64,000 nucleotides of DNA from Octopus sinensis (Eukaryota): NCBI RefSeq assembly GCF_006345805.1, contig NC_043005.1:71672001-71736000 (forward strand), in the 5' to 3' direction. The translations under genes were made by a program, and so were the position numbers. Shown in pieces: positions 24,740 to 38,560 of this stretch. The first letter of the stretch is position 1; each line of letters begins with the position of its first letter. Below the pieces are notes generated by a model. The model made no database searches, had not been told where the DNA came from, and saw only the letters and a program-made list of their open reading frames with translations.

Positions 24740-24935
24740 GTGTACCGTTGGCGATTTTTTTTCCTCTGTCTTCCCTTCTCTGGATCTTTCCTTCTATGTT
24801 TCCAACGAAGAGCTCCGTTCGAAACGTTAAACCCCATTTCTTTCCTTCTTTCCTGACCGTCCAATAATACTATATTTGTTCCACGACCTCGCGTTGTTGT
24901 GTTTTTTTGTGCTTTCTTGTTTGGATTAACTTTAT
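24740..24935 (+). mobile_element. Penelope-like terminal fragment (second subfamily)
   Basis: GAAGAGCTCCGTTCGAAACGTT motif and ...TTGGATTAACTTTATATATA end, in the same architecture as the 10123 family. Confidence 0.45.
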
Positions 24936-24977
24936 ATATATATAGATATGGATATATTTATATATATATGTATATAG

Positions 24978-25008
<31 letters not shown>

Positions 25009-25639
25009 ATTATATATATATATATATATAATATATATATATATAATATATATATATATATATACATATATCATCATCATCATCATTTAACGTCCGTTTT
25101 CCATGCTAGCATGGGTTATGCGTATATATATGTGTGTGTATGTTTATGTGTAGTTATGTGTGTATATATATTTCGTTGTTTACGTGCATTGTTGTGGGGA
25201 GGTTAGCACACATCCTTAACGAATTTGAATTAAACGTAGTAGCATAATAAAAATTGCTAAATAGGTCTTCTTGTTGTTGTTTAACCCTAGGTCACACCAG
25301 ATGGGGTAAAACCATGACCACATGTACCCTATTCATAACTGGTCTATCTTCACTTTTATCTGGGTCTATAATATATCATATTTTTATATATGCCTTTTTT
25401 TCTTTTGATGCAAAAGTGTGACTTGACTGCTACTTTTAGCATTTCCAGAGACTATGCTAAGACTCTCATATTGGTTCATTAGCCAGTATGATCACTCTCA
25501 TAATGTATAACATTAGATCAACATTTCTCAACCGGGGTTCAATAAAAATGTTTCTAGGGGTTTCATGAGAAAGAGTGAGATAGGCTAAACACAGACACAA
25601 ATTCACACACATACACACACACTAATATATATATATATA

Positions 25640-26055
25640 TATCAATGTTGTGATTAACTTTATTTGTTATATGTATACATATAAGGTTTATACCATGTTC
25701 TTTCTATAAAACAATACTCAGCTACTAAGCTCTGTACACTTAACACATAAAAGCATTAAAGTGTAATGGTATATCTTTTTTCTACCTCCAACAAGTTCCA
25801 ACTTTATAATGAATTAAATATCTTAATTAATTTCTAAAGTTTGAATCGAAACAGCTGTCAGAGATTATGTCTAATTTTGTAATTAATTAATCGATTTATC
25901 TCAATTTTCTTACATAAATATAAACCTTGGTTTATCTAATTACCTTATTTATCAATATTAAATATAATATTCAAAATAAATAATAGGTAATAAACCAGTA
26001 AATTCATGGATTTGATTTATGAGGTATTTAACCTTTAATTGAACTATATATATCT
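25640..26055 (+). mobile_element. Penelope-like terminal fragment, degenerate
   Basis: CTACTAAG (25722) ... GAAACAGCTGTC (25848-25859), ending TTTAATTGAACTATATA. Confidence 0.35.
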
Positions 26056-26092
26056 ATATCAATATATATATATATATATATATGTATGTATA

Positions 26093-26560
26093 CGACAGAC
26101 TTCTTTCAGTTTCCATCTAACAAATCCACTCATAAGGCTTTGGTTAGACTAGAGCTCTAGTAGAAGACACTTACCCAAGGTGCCACACAGTGGGACTGAA
26201 CCAGGAACCATGTGGTTAGGAAGCAAGCTTCTTTTGTTCCTTCTCAAGCCATGCCTGGCTCATAAGGGCCAGTTTCCCTGTTTCCTTGGCGTATAGGTTC
26301 CCCACCTGGATGGGACGCCGGGCCATCACAGGTGAGCTGCAAGATGCAGGAAGAAAGAGTGTGAGAAAGTTGTGGCGAAAAAGTCAGCAGAAGTTCGCCA
26401 TTACCTTCTGCCGGAGCCGCATGGAGCTTAGGTGTTTCACTCATAAACATACACATTGCCCGGTCTGAGATTCGAACCCGCGATCCCTCGACCGCTAGTC
26501 CACTGCTATAACCACTAGGCCATGTGCCTCCACAAGCAAGCTTCTTACCACACAGCCATA
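26093..26560 (-). mobile_element. CORE-type SINE head region hosting a nested SINE
   Basis: The host resumes ACCACACAGCCAT after the insert. Confidence 0.85.
26234..26533 (-). mobile_element. V-domain-like tRNA-SINE, nested, 13-bp TSD
   Basis: TSD AAGCAAGCTTCTT at 26221-26233 and 26534-26546. Homologous to 7175-7474. Confidence 0.92.
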
Positions 26561-27957
26561 CATATATATATATATACATATATTTTTGTAAATAGAGAAT
26601 GGATTTATTTTAAAAGTATTGAAAAGAAAACAAAACTGTTGTCTGGTCTTAGTTTTTTCCTGTTTTATCTTAAATCTATTTTCATATTTCCTTTGTTGGT
26701 CTGCAAATTTAATCTCCCAAACAAACTGCACTAAACTCATAAGGCTGCAGGAAAATAAATGTTTACTTACAGAGTCACAGACATGGCTGTGTAGTTAAGA
26801 TTCTTGCTCTCCAACCATGTAGTCTTGAATTCACCGACCTTACATGACACCTTCTATTTATAACCTTGGGTCAACTGAAGTCTTCTGATGAATTTGGTAG
26901 ATGGAAACTGGAATCAGTTTGCCATATTTATTCTTTTATTCTTATACTAGTTTCAGTCATTTGACTGCAGCCATGCTGGAGCACTGCCTTAAAGGGTTTT
27001 AGTAGAAGAAATCAAACCCGGGACTTATTCTTTGTAATCCTAGTACTTATTCTGTCAGTCTCTTTTGCTGAACTGCTAAGTTACTGGGACACCATACCAG
27101 CCTCTCCACTCCATGCAACTGATGTCCAAGGAAAAGGCAAAGGCAGACACAACTTGGCACCAGTAATGTCAGAACTCATTTCTACAGCCAAGTGAACTGG
27201 GACAAAAGCACAACACACAGCTCGGTCCAGGAATTGAACTCACAACCTCATGTGTGTAAGCCTGATGCTCTAACAACGAGGTTTGTGTTTGTGTGTATCC
27301 TTGTTTTTACATCATGTGTTGGTTATTAACAGGCATCACCATCATACAAGCAACATTGTTTGTTTCTAGTCTTTTATGAAAAACACATCTGACCATAGAG
27401 AAAAACTGTCTTACTTGGGAACAGGTGAGATTTCCAAGCAAGGTAATACAGAGTGACAGAAAGGTGTCAAGCCTTAGAAAATCAGCCTCAACAAATTTTG
27501 TCTGCAAGCATGGAAAACAGGACATTAAATAATTATGACGATGACATAAAGAGAGAGAATCATTCAATTTCGTAGAAGGATTGCATTCATGAACTGTTTG
27601 CAACAGTGTGTGTTTCTATAACATTTAATGTATTTTCTCGTTGACTTCCATGTTCCCTCTTATCCATGTAACATAGAAGTAAATGGTAATATAAGTTTTG
27701 CGTTATAAAAATCCATGTTATAGATAGATTTGCAGAGCTTAATGTTTCCATACATCAGAATGTTTGTTGCCATATTCATTGCTATCTTTATTTCTGTATT
27801 TGTATATGTGCAGCATGTAATTTTTCATTGATACCGAAAAACAAAAAATGAACAGCAAAATTGACCTGTTGATTTGAATGAATTCAGGACCCATTACCAC
27901 AATGCATAAAAATCCAACACTCTGCAAATTCTGTCTAGTCACCATTTTATATGTATT

Positions 27958-28335
27958 CATCATCATCATCATCATCGCTTAACGTCTGCTTTCCATGCTA
28001 GCATGGGTTGGACGATTTGACTGAGGACTGGCAAACCAGATGGCTGCACCAGGCTCCAATCTTGATTTGGCAGAGTTTTTACAGCTGGATGCCCTTCCTA
28101 TAACCAACCACTCTGAGAGTGTAGTGGGTGCTTTTACGTGCCACTGACACGAGGGCCAGTCAGTGGGTACTGGCAACGGCAATGGTAAAATCATGTCACC
28201 TGCACACTGGCACAAGTGCCAGTAAGACGACGCTGGTAATGATCACGCCCGAATGGTACTTTTTATGTGCCACTGGCACGAATGTCATTTAGCCAGTCTG
28301 GCAGCGATGACACTCGGATGGCGCTCTTAGTGCTC
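27958..28335 (-). mobile_element. (GAT)n-tailed OK-like retroposon with internal GTGCCACTGGCAC repeats
   Basis: Reverse complement of 1287-1555 plus additional upstream internally repeated modules. Confidence 0.8.
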
Positions 28336-28679
28336 CACTAGCATGAATGCCAGTCATCGAATTTGATTTCAATACCGATTTTACACCATCTTATGTATAC
28401 ACACACCTCGAACAAAATACTGTTTTGTATTTGTTCTGACTCATTGCGTTTTGAGTTCAAACACTACAGCATTCATCTAAGTGTCTTCTGTAGCTTCAGG
28501 CTGAGCACGGCCTGGTTAGTGTGCTTGTTAGATGGGAATTTAAAGAAGTCCATCATATCTTTTAACTTTTATCTTTTGCTCGTTTCAGTCATTAGATTGC
28601 AGCCATAGTGAGGCACTGCCTTGAGGCATTTTTAGTTAAATGAATCAACTTCAGTACATTTTTTAAAGCCCGGTGCTTC

Positions 28680-28960
28680 AAATAATGAAATTATTGTATA
28701 CGGTGCTCAGGTGCACCACAACTTATCAAAAGTATGCATAAAGTATATGCAGTAATGTACAAATGTCTGGAGAGTGAACTATGTATGAGTCAGATACATG
28801 CTTGCATGTGTATGGAGGAGAGAAAATCATGTGTAGTGTTGGCGAATCTCAGGAAGATGGAAGTTTTGAAGGATGCAGTGCTCTGACAACTAACAACTGA
28901 TGCTGGCAGTTTGTGCCATGCTTCAGCAACTCTCAGCGTGAAAAAATGTTTCTGAAAGTG
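28680..28960 (-). mobile_element. CR1/L2-type LINE 3' end
   Basis: Minus strand reads FRNIF(F)TLRVAEAWHKLPASVVSCQSTASFKTS, cf. R.nFFs.RV...WN.LP..VV.....FK, and ends in AATAATTTCATTATT. Other copies at 36745-36955 and ~49600-49760. Confidence 0.7.
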
Positions 28961-29609
28961 CGTAACTGGTACTTAATTTATCGATCCTGAAAGGATGAAA
29001 GGCAAAGTCGACCTCGGCGAAATTTGTACTCAGAACGTTGCAGCAGACGAAATACTGCTAAGCATTTCACCTGGCATGCTAATGATTCTGCCAGCTCACC
29101 ACCATATAGTCATGGGAAAATATTACCTTACTTGGAAACAGGTGTGGTTTGACAACAGGAAGAGCATTTAATTGTAGAAAATTTACCCCTGCACACTATG
29201 TCTGACCCATGCAAGCATGGAAATGTAGACATTAAGCTGATTATGATATATTACAATGTGTGAGTGTATTTGTGAGAGTGTGGGCATGTGTGTGTTTCTA
29301 ATTGTGTAATTATATTTTAACTTTGTGTCCTTTGTAGTAAAGAGTAGAGAAGCAGAGACAGGAAGTTTGTTGGCAGCAAATAATAGAAATTGTCAGCTGT
29401 TTGTATATCATGCACCATTAAATACATTCAATATCGCCTGAAGTATAATACAAACTGCTGTCACTCAGCTATCTGGTTTGTGGTTTACGATTATTCATTT
29501 TTTTTTTTATTGTATGTGAGTGTGGGTGGTTGCTACATACTTAAACCATCTATGCATTTTTATATAAACATATACATTTAGAGCTAGATGTATGCATTGA
29601 AAAAATTCC

Positions 29610-29643
<34 letters not shown>

Positions 29644-29772
29644 GTTTGCATGTATGTATATAAATGTATGTATATATAGATAAATATATATGTATATATG
29701 TATATTTATCTCTTTCTGTGTATATATGTGTGTGTATGTGTGTACAAATATATATACACACACATATATATG

Positions 29773-29855
<83 letters not shown>

Positions 29856-30092
29856 CATATATATATATATATATTTATATTTATATGTGTGCATATATAT
29901 ATATATATATTTATATTTATATGTGTGCATATATATATACACACACACATATGCATATCTATAAGCTTGCACATATCCACATAAGCATATATGGCTATAA
30001 TAAATATGTAATTATATACAAAATTATTCAGCACACACACACACACACATATATACACACATACATATATACATATATATATACATACATAC

Positions 30093-30170
<78 letters not shown>

Positions 30171-30547
30171 AACATATACACACATATACACACCCGTACA
30201 TACATGTGCATGAAACGCATGAGTAGACATAAATATGACTTGCGATCAATCTGTTGTGAAGGTTACTTCAGATGCTCAAGTTAGTCACCACCCTTCAGTT
30301 AAAAGCACAGACACACTGCTATGAACTTGAAACTTTTGATTCTAAGAAGATTAATACAACTACTAGCTTTCTTAATCCTGATGTGAGAAGGTACTGGAGA
30401 TTTGAATCATGATATATATATCTGTCTGAAACCTGTTACTGGCAAGTAACAAGAATTTTTAATTTCTTCGTCATCAAAACAACTATATCTTTTCCCTAAA
30501 CACATACTCACATGCACTGAAGTACATACATATATATATATATATAT

Positions 30548-30579
<32 letters not shown>

Positions 30580-30628
30580 ACATATATATATATACATATA
30601 TATATATACATATATATAATATATATGC

Positions 30629-30661
<33 letters not shown>

Positions 30662-30695
30662 TATGTGTGTGTGTATTTGTGTATATGTATATGTG

Positions 30696-30728
<33 letters not shown>

Positions 30729-30741
30729 GTATATGTACATT

Positions 30742-30776
<35 letters not shown>

Positions 30777-31132
30777 GTATATATATGCATATATATATGT
30801 ATATATACATGTGTGTGTGTGCATACTTATGCATATATACTTCATAATAAAAAATGTTTTTGATCAGGGTAGACAAATTAATGCTAAAATATTTAAAGAA
30901 CATTCTCTACAGGTGAACCAATGATCATTTAAAGATTGCTGTACTTTTTTCTTTATCATCCTCCTCCTCCCATCCAAGGTTGACTTTGCCTTTCATCCTT
31001 TCAGGATCGATAAAATAAGTACCAGTTGAGCATTGACTTACACCCTCCCTCAGGATTTCAGAAAGGATCATTATTATTATTAACACTATTGTTATTATTA
31101 TTATTATTGTTATTATTATTATTATTATTATA

Positions 31133-31163
<31 letters not shown>

Positions 31164-31199
31164 GATTATTGTTGTTGTTGTTGTTGATACTGAGTTTAA

Positions 31200-31830
31200 A
31201 TTCTGCTGAGGCTGACTTTCCTATTCGTCCCTTCGAGATGAATACAAGGGTTGATGTTACCAGCTTGCCCCTACCCTAAAATTGCTGGCCCTGTGGCAAA
31301 ATTTGAAACCATTATTAGTATTCTGATTAATATTATTATTATTTCAGGTGGTGAGCTGGCAGAATCGTTAGTACGCTGGACGAAATGCATAGCAGTATTT
31401 TGCCTGTCACTACATTCTGAGTTCAAATTCCACTGAGGTCGACTTTGTCTTTCATCCTTTCAGGGGTCGATAAAATAAGTACCAGTCGAACACTGGGATC
31501 GATGTAATCAACTCATCTCCATCTCCCCAAAGCTGGCCTTGTGGCATAAATTTGAAATAATAATAATAATGATACTACTAATGATGATAATAATAAGTAT
31601 TATTATTATTATTATTATTTAAGGCGGCGAGCTGGCAGAATCATTAGCATGCTGGATGAATTGCATAGTGACAATTCTTCTGCTGCTACATTCCAAGTTC
31701 AAATTCTGCCGAGGTTGAAGTTGCCTTTCATCTTTTCAAAGTTGATAAAGTAAGTACCAGTTGCGTACTGGGGTTGATATAATCGACTTAACCCTCCTTC
31801 TAAATTCCAGGCCTTGTGCCTGTATTATAT
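31200..31830 (+). mobile_element. Head-to-tail chain of Meta-like SINEs separated by (TTA)n/(TAA)n
   Basis: Heads at ~31345 and ~31620, with earlier partial copies at ~30975 and ~31200. Confidence 0.8.
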
Positions 31831-32101
31831 TGTGTGTCTTCAACAGGTTCAAAGAATAATTTTGTCAACCTACTTCATTAATTATTATTATCATCATCAT
31901 CATCATCATTATAATCATCATCATCATTATTATTATCATTATTATTATTCGTATTCATGTATGTATGCATTTATATATTTATTATATTTATATTTTCATA
32001 TATTTGTTCATATAGATAATGGTAGTTACATGACTAGACTTGTACTATCATATCATACAAATATCCCCGCTCTGAGCAAACTGTTATTTACTAATATAAA
32101 T

Positions 32102-32501
32102 AGGTACATGAGTGGCTGTGTGGTAAGAGTCTTGCTTCCGAACCACATGGTTCCAGGTTCAGTCCCACTGCATAGCAACTTGGGAAGCTACCTTCCACTA
32201 TACCCTCAGGCCGACCAAAGCTTTGTGAATGGATTTAGAAAACAGAAACTGAAAGAAGCCCATCGTATATATAAATGTCTCTATATTTATTTGAGCATCC
32301 TTGTGTCTATGTTTGCCCCTAAGACCACCACTTAACAGCCGATGTTGGTGTGTTTACATCCCCATATCTTAGCAGTTCAGTAAAAGGCACTGATAGAATA
32401 AGTACCTGGCTTACAAAGAATAAGTCCTGGGTTCGATTTCTTCAACTAAAAGGTGGTGCTCCACCATGGCATCAGTCAAATTACTGAAGCAAGTAAAAGA
32501 A
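32102..32501 (+). mobile_element. CORE-type SINE
   Basis: Colinear with 6019-6476. Confidence 0.85.
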
Positions 32502-32678
32502 GATATATATATAAATATATAATCAACAATGTGCTATCAAGCATGACATTTAAGTAATAATTTTAGGAATCAGTAGTCAGTCCTACATCAAATTCTTTCA
32601 TCTAAATCCATTATGAACTCAGTCATCACATTTTCTACTTTTCTCATTATATAGATAGATAGATAAATAGATAGATAA

Positions 32679-32738
<60 letters not shown>

Positions 32739-32898
32739 TTAGCTAGATAGATAGATAGATAGATAGATATCAATCTGTCTGGTGTGCAATATTGTGGTGG
32801 GTGTTTTGTATTATGTAATGCATGAATTATGAATAAATTGTCATGCTAGTGAAACACATGAACCACTATCATCAGACTTCCGCTTTTATTATATATGT

Positions 32899-33295
32899 GA
32901 GTGGCTGTGTGGTAGGTAGCTTGTTTACCAGCCACATGGTTCCGGGTTCAGTCCCACTGTGTGGCACCTTGGGCATGTGTCTTCTACTATAGCCTCGGGC
33001 CGACCAAAGCCTTGTGAGTGGATTTGGTAGACGGAAACTGAAAGAAGCCCGTCGTATATATATATATGCGTGTGTGTGTTTGTCTCTGTGTTTGTCCTAC
33101 TAGCATTGCTTGACAACCGATGCTGGTGTGTTTACGTCCCCGTTACTTAGCGGTTCGGCAAAAGTGACCGATAGAATAAGTACTGGGCTTACAAAAGAAT
33201 AAGTCCCGGGGTCGAGTTGCTCGATTAAAGGCGGTGCTCCAGCATGGCCACAGTCAAATGACTGAAACAGGTAAAAGAATAAAAGAAAAGAAAGA
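32899..33295 (+). mobile_element. CORE-type SINE, near-consensus
   Basis: Colinear with 6019-6476 but lacking the TTAGGG insert. Confidence 0.9.
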
Positions 33296-33892
33296 ATATA
33301 TATATACACACACACACACACAAATATATATATATATACACATTAGCATTTGGAACAATTTCAGCAATTACAGGAAATGTAGGATAAGATGATGACAGAA
33401 TCAGTCACCAAATATTACATCTATTTTCTTCATATCAACTAGATGAGGAGAATGAAAGATGAACATCTTTTATAGAATTTAAGGGTGGATTTTTAAATCA
33501 GAATGCAGAGCGGCATAGATAAGAAAATCAGTTTTTGCAATTCTTCATTAACTTGAATTCAGACGGAATATTAATAAATAAAATTGGAAATGATAGATAA
33601 TAATTTTGTCAAATAGTCGAAAGAAAAAGGAAAAGGGAAAACAACGTTATCCCAAGTTTAAATTATGTAATTGCTTTGACAGATCTCTCTCTATATCTAT
33701 CTATCTATCTATATCTATCTATCTATCTATATCTATCTATATCTATCTATCCATATATATATATATATATAGATATCTATTTCTATCTATCTATCAGTCT
33801 CTCTCTCTCTCCCCACATATATATATATATATTTAATTTTATTTTATCTAGTTTCAGCTCACGAGCTGGGGCCATGCTGGGGCACTACCATT

Positions 33893-33923
<31 letters not shown>

Positions 33924-34142
33924 AAATATACATGTATATATATAAATGTATATGTGAGTCTAACCTATGCCAGCATGGAAAACAGATGCTAGATGAGGAT
34001 AATGATGTATATGCACATGTGTTTATAGGCATATGTGTGTATGTGTGTGTGTGTATATATATATGTGTGTGTGTAGAGAGAGAGAGGGAGAGGGTAAAAA
34101 TGTGATAGACATATAGATTAATGCACAGATCGACAGACATAC

Positions 34143-34198
<56 letters not shown>

Positions 34199-35323
34199 TG
34201 ATAGAAAGATAAACAGAGAGACAGACAGGCAGGAAGACTGACAAACAGATAGATAGTGTTTATTAGATTTGCGATCAGAAATTAAATGTTGCTAGAGTGT
34301 TTGATCTACTTACGTATATGTCAGGTGCCAGAGGTGTTACCATTATTCAAAGTAAGAAGAGTATTTGGAAGAATATTAATATATGAACTTTTTGGTATAG
34401 CTGAGCTAAAATAGATTTCAGAAAAAGAATTCTTTTACATTTTTATGTAAAAAAAAAAAAAAATAGGGAAAAAAAATCAATTTTTTTTTTCTTTTTGTGT
34501 GTTTCTTCATTAGATGCAAATAACCTGCTTCTGGCAAAAGAAAATTACTGAAAGCATAAAACCTTAATTTTACAGTTAGGATTTTCCCTATATCCTTAAT
34601 TAACTTTTCAGAGTTTTATCTATAATCCAGACAAAATTAGTGCTTTTATTTTTAGTTTAGTGATAGCGGTTAGTTCTAAAGGTAAGCTCACTCATAGCAA
34701 ACAAAATGCTTGACTTTGATTCAAGTCTCAGGATTTTGTTTATTTTATTTTATAACATACATTTTGTGAACAGTATCATCATTGGACCGAATTATCGAAA
34801 GAGAGCTAGTCACTATTTCGTTGTATTTATTATAGGAAGAGTGACAAGGAAATTTCTGTACAACTTGTACAGAGGAAATATCACACAATGTCACTGGAAT
34901 TTTCGCTAACATTTACACTTGAATAAATGCATAAATATCCAAAGGTGGGAACTGTTAATAGAAAATTTAACTTTTTTAACAGTTAATCCGTTAACCAAAA
35001 AGTTAACTTCAATAACTGTTGATCAGTTAATTCTTTAAAAATGTAACAGAAGTTATCAATAAACCATTAACGTTAATCTTTATTATAGAAAAAAAAACAA
35101 AAATATCAGTTTTTGCTCTAAAATTAACTAAAAACACCTTTAAAAAGTGCCCAAACTATAAAATCAGCCATTTTGCGCCTTTTTAAGGGCTTTAGAACCC
35201 CAAAACTATATAATACGTCATATGTAAATAAAAAGTTTGTTTTTGAAGCATCGAAATGTATTGTAGAGCATGTAGAAAGATAAATTTTTTCAACACGTAA
35301 ATACTGAACAGTATATATATATA

Positions 35324-35364
<41 letters not shown>

Positions 35365-36744
35365 GATAATGATGTATATCCTATATATAACTGGTACTTA
35401 TTTAATCGACCATAAAAGGATGAAAGGCAAAGTCCACCTTGGCGGAATTTGAACTCAGAACGTAACGGCAGATGAAATACCTCAAAGCATTTCTCTCCTG
35501 GTGTGCTAACAATTCTGCCAGTGCATTGCCCTCTATCAAATTCCATTAACAAAGTATTAGAAAACATGAATCTATAGTTGAAGACCTTTGCCTCAGTTAC
35601 AGCAACAGTGGCATTTAACTCCAAACCTCATGGTTTTAAAGACAAACTCCTTTACCACATAACTAAGTCTGCATGCAGTGAAGCACTCAGCTGAAGCTAA
35701 TACATTATAGCCATGCTTTCAAGAAAATTATTAACATCAGAATATCTTTATACTTCTAATATTTTTTCATTCTCCAAACTAGTTTCAATCTTTGGACTGC
35801 AAACCACACTAACACACTACCTTCAAAGATTTTTGGTTCAATGTATTGAATCTAGCTCTTCTACTAATTTTATTGATCCTGTTATTGACTGGCTAAGCCG
35901 TTCTTGGCGTAGATCAATATCTGAATACCACAAGGTATTTGTATTCAACACAACAATTTTCACCATTATACTCACACACGCATACACGAATGCAAGCATA
36001 TACATGTTCATACACATTCACACACATGCAAGCATATATGTATTTGCATATCTATATGTAGATATATTTGCTTATTTATATGCTTATGTATATGCATATA
36101 TATATGTATGTGCCTATAGATATATATATATATGTATGTATGTATGTATGTATATCCATACATGCACACACACACTTTTGTTTAATATGTATGACCTTAT
36201 AGGAACATTGCTGTTTCAATACATATTGTATTTCATCAGAGGTCAGAGATACATAAATATTGGAAATCCACAATATCTATACATATTTTGACCCCAGTGT
36301 AAATGTTGTGCATTTTCAATATTTATCTATCTCTAACTGTAGATGAGATAGAGTGTATGTTGATGCTGTTACTTTCCTATAAGGTTATACATCTGATATA
36401 AAAGAACATACACTATATTTACATTGCATGGAGACATTCATTGCACTAAGAATTCTTTGATTTTAATTATAATACTTGTTTTGATGCCATTCCACTTAAG
36501 ACTGCTCCTGCCTGGTTCCATGATGCTAAAATTTCTGTTTTAAAGTGATGTGAATTGAAACCCTTCCATCGAAATTTCATATTTATTGTGTATATCTAGT
36601 TCACTAAATTCTTTGTTATATTTTAAACTATTTGAAATAAAGGTTGTATATAAAGAAAATTTATATTTTCAAAACCCTTTTGTACTCGATGACACACTTG
36701 ACAATCCATTAGTGTCTACATACTTGATATTATTTTATAATAAT

Positions 36745-36955
36745 AGTAATAATAATGAAATTATTGTATACAGTGCTCAGGTGCACCACAACTTGTCAAA
36801 AGTGCATATAAAGCATATGCAGTAATGTACAAATGTCTGGAAAGTGAACAGTGTATGAGTCAGATACATGCTTGAGTGTGTATGGAGGGGAGAAAAATCA
36901 GGTGTAGTGTTGGCGAATCTCAGGAAGCATGGAGGTTTTGAAGGATGCAGTGCTA
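36745..36955 (-). mobile_element. CR1/L2-type LINE 3' end, more truncated
   Basis: Homologous to 28680-28885. Homology stops at GGATGCAGTGCT. Confidence 0.7.
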
Positions 36956-37589
36956 AGGATTTTAGTGCTAATTAAGCATTATCATTAAGTCCCAATTAAG
37001 CATTATATATATATGCTTAATTGGGACTTAATGATAGGCTAACAAGTCTTAGGACCTGACGATACACCATAAAGAGACTCTTTTTGGTGAGAAATGCAGG
37101 GTAATACTATAAACAGGCTTTCACCAGTAAGATATATATATATATACAAAATATAATATAAATAATATATATAAATAATATTATAATATATATAAATATT
37201 ATTATTAATTATATATATTATATATTATTTATATTAATATATTTATATTATTATATGATCGAGCGCCATGCATCCTTTTCCATGTAAGTTTTATCTATCT
37301 CTCTCTCTATCTATATATATATATATATATATAATTTTTGTTTTTATGTTCTTTTATCATAAAAACATTTTACATTAATCTGCTGGGTTACTCTGTACTT
37401 TTGCAGAGTAAAAATATATACATATCTCTGTGTATATAATCAATGGTATTCCAAATATGACCATCTCTCATTGTGTACGTCATAGGTTATATTGTTCAGC
37501 ATATCCGTTTTAAAAGATTATTTGGAAACTACGGGAAATTTGGCTGTTATTTCTAGCATAACGATCAACTACACACAGGTACTCGCCTT

Positions 37590-38560
37590 GATGTTGCTTA
37601 GCATTTCATCAAACCCTGAAAAGGCAGACATTCCAAACTTAACCATCCCATAATTTTTATCTGACACAGTGTACTCAGCATCACATTATCTCATGCATTC
37701 ATTTTTCATAAGTTCATCTGATGGGTGTATTTGATCTGCCTCTAACATTTGGTATCCTAGAACCACATAATTGATTCTCTGTGATTTCTACATCAACTCC
37801 TCTCATCTCAGCTCTATTTCTATTTCTTTAAATAGCATAACATTTTTCATCTAACTTGTTACGGACAGGAAGAGATCTTGTGTTGCTCTGATGTTTTAGA
37901 TATGAAGCTCAGACTAAATTAGTCTGAGCTCCATATCTTAACCCTTTCGTTACCAACCTGGCTGAAACCAGTTCTGGCTCTGAGTACAAATGTCTTGTTT
38001 TCATAAGTTTTGAATTAAAATCTTCTAGCAAACCTTAGTCACAATTTATGTTCCTATCACTAGCTTCAATTTTAAGTTATTTTACAAAATTCTTTATTAT
38101 ATTTATAGTAATTGAAGGAAACAGAGCATCTCAAAATTAATACAGTAACGAAAGGGTTAAATATCAGAGCCAATGATATGATCCTTGATAATTTGTGGTG
38201 GCACTTTCATGTCTGACTGGGGATCGACCATTCTATGGCTTTTATAATCTTCTACAAAATCATACTCTTTTCAAGTACATTTCAACAGTTTTATCCTAAG
38301 TATAGACTACATCTGTTCTCTCCATGTCGTTTTTGAATTTAGTATTTATTTTACACAACAATAATATTTGTCTCTAATTTTCTCATGCAATCTAGAATGT
38401 TTTATCTTGTCTTGTCCATTGTAGATAATTGCAAGTCTGAGCTTGTTCATCTTCTCCTTCCTTATTTTTATTATCATCTCCTCAGATTACCACATTTTTA
38501 AAATCCTGTTAAAATCCAGATATTTCTGCCTATAAATCCTGCAAGTGTTGTGAAAATTTG
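37590..38560 (-). pseudogene. Possible ancient R4/Dong-like LINE fragment, interrupted by a MITE
   Basis: Minus-strand remnants TCNYL, HEKIRDKYYCCVK*ILNSK and RG-LM...SDELM resemble YKYLG, KEKIRKEYYRRVR.IL.S and GRGL. By-eye match only. Confidence 0.3.
37938..38160. mobile_element. piggyBac-type MITE, family A
   Basis: TTAA-CCCTTTCGTTAC ... GTAACGAAAGGG-TTAA: perfect 12-bp TIR plus TTAA TSD. Copies at 58287-58515 and 58710-58938. Confidence 0.88.

Noticed and set aside
35713-36291. 192-aa ORF and minus-strand DIDLRQERLSQSITGSIKLVEELDSIH*
   Set aside because: Half is microsatellite-derived, with no recognisable domain or exon chain.
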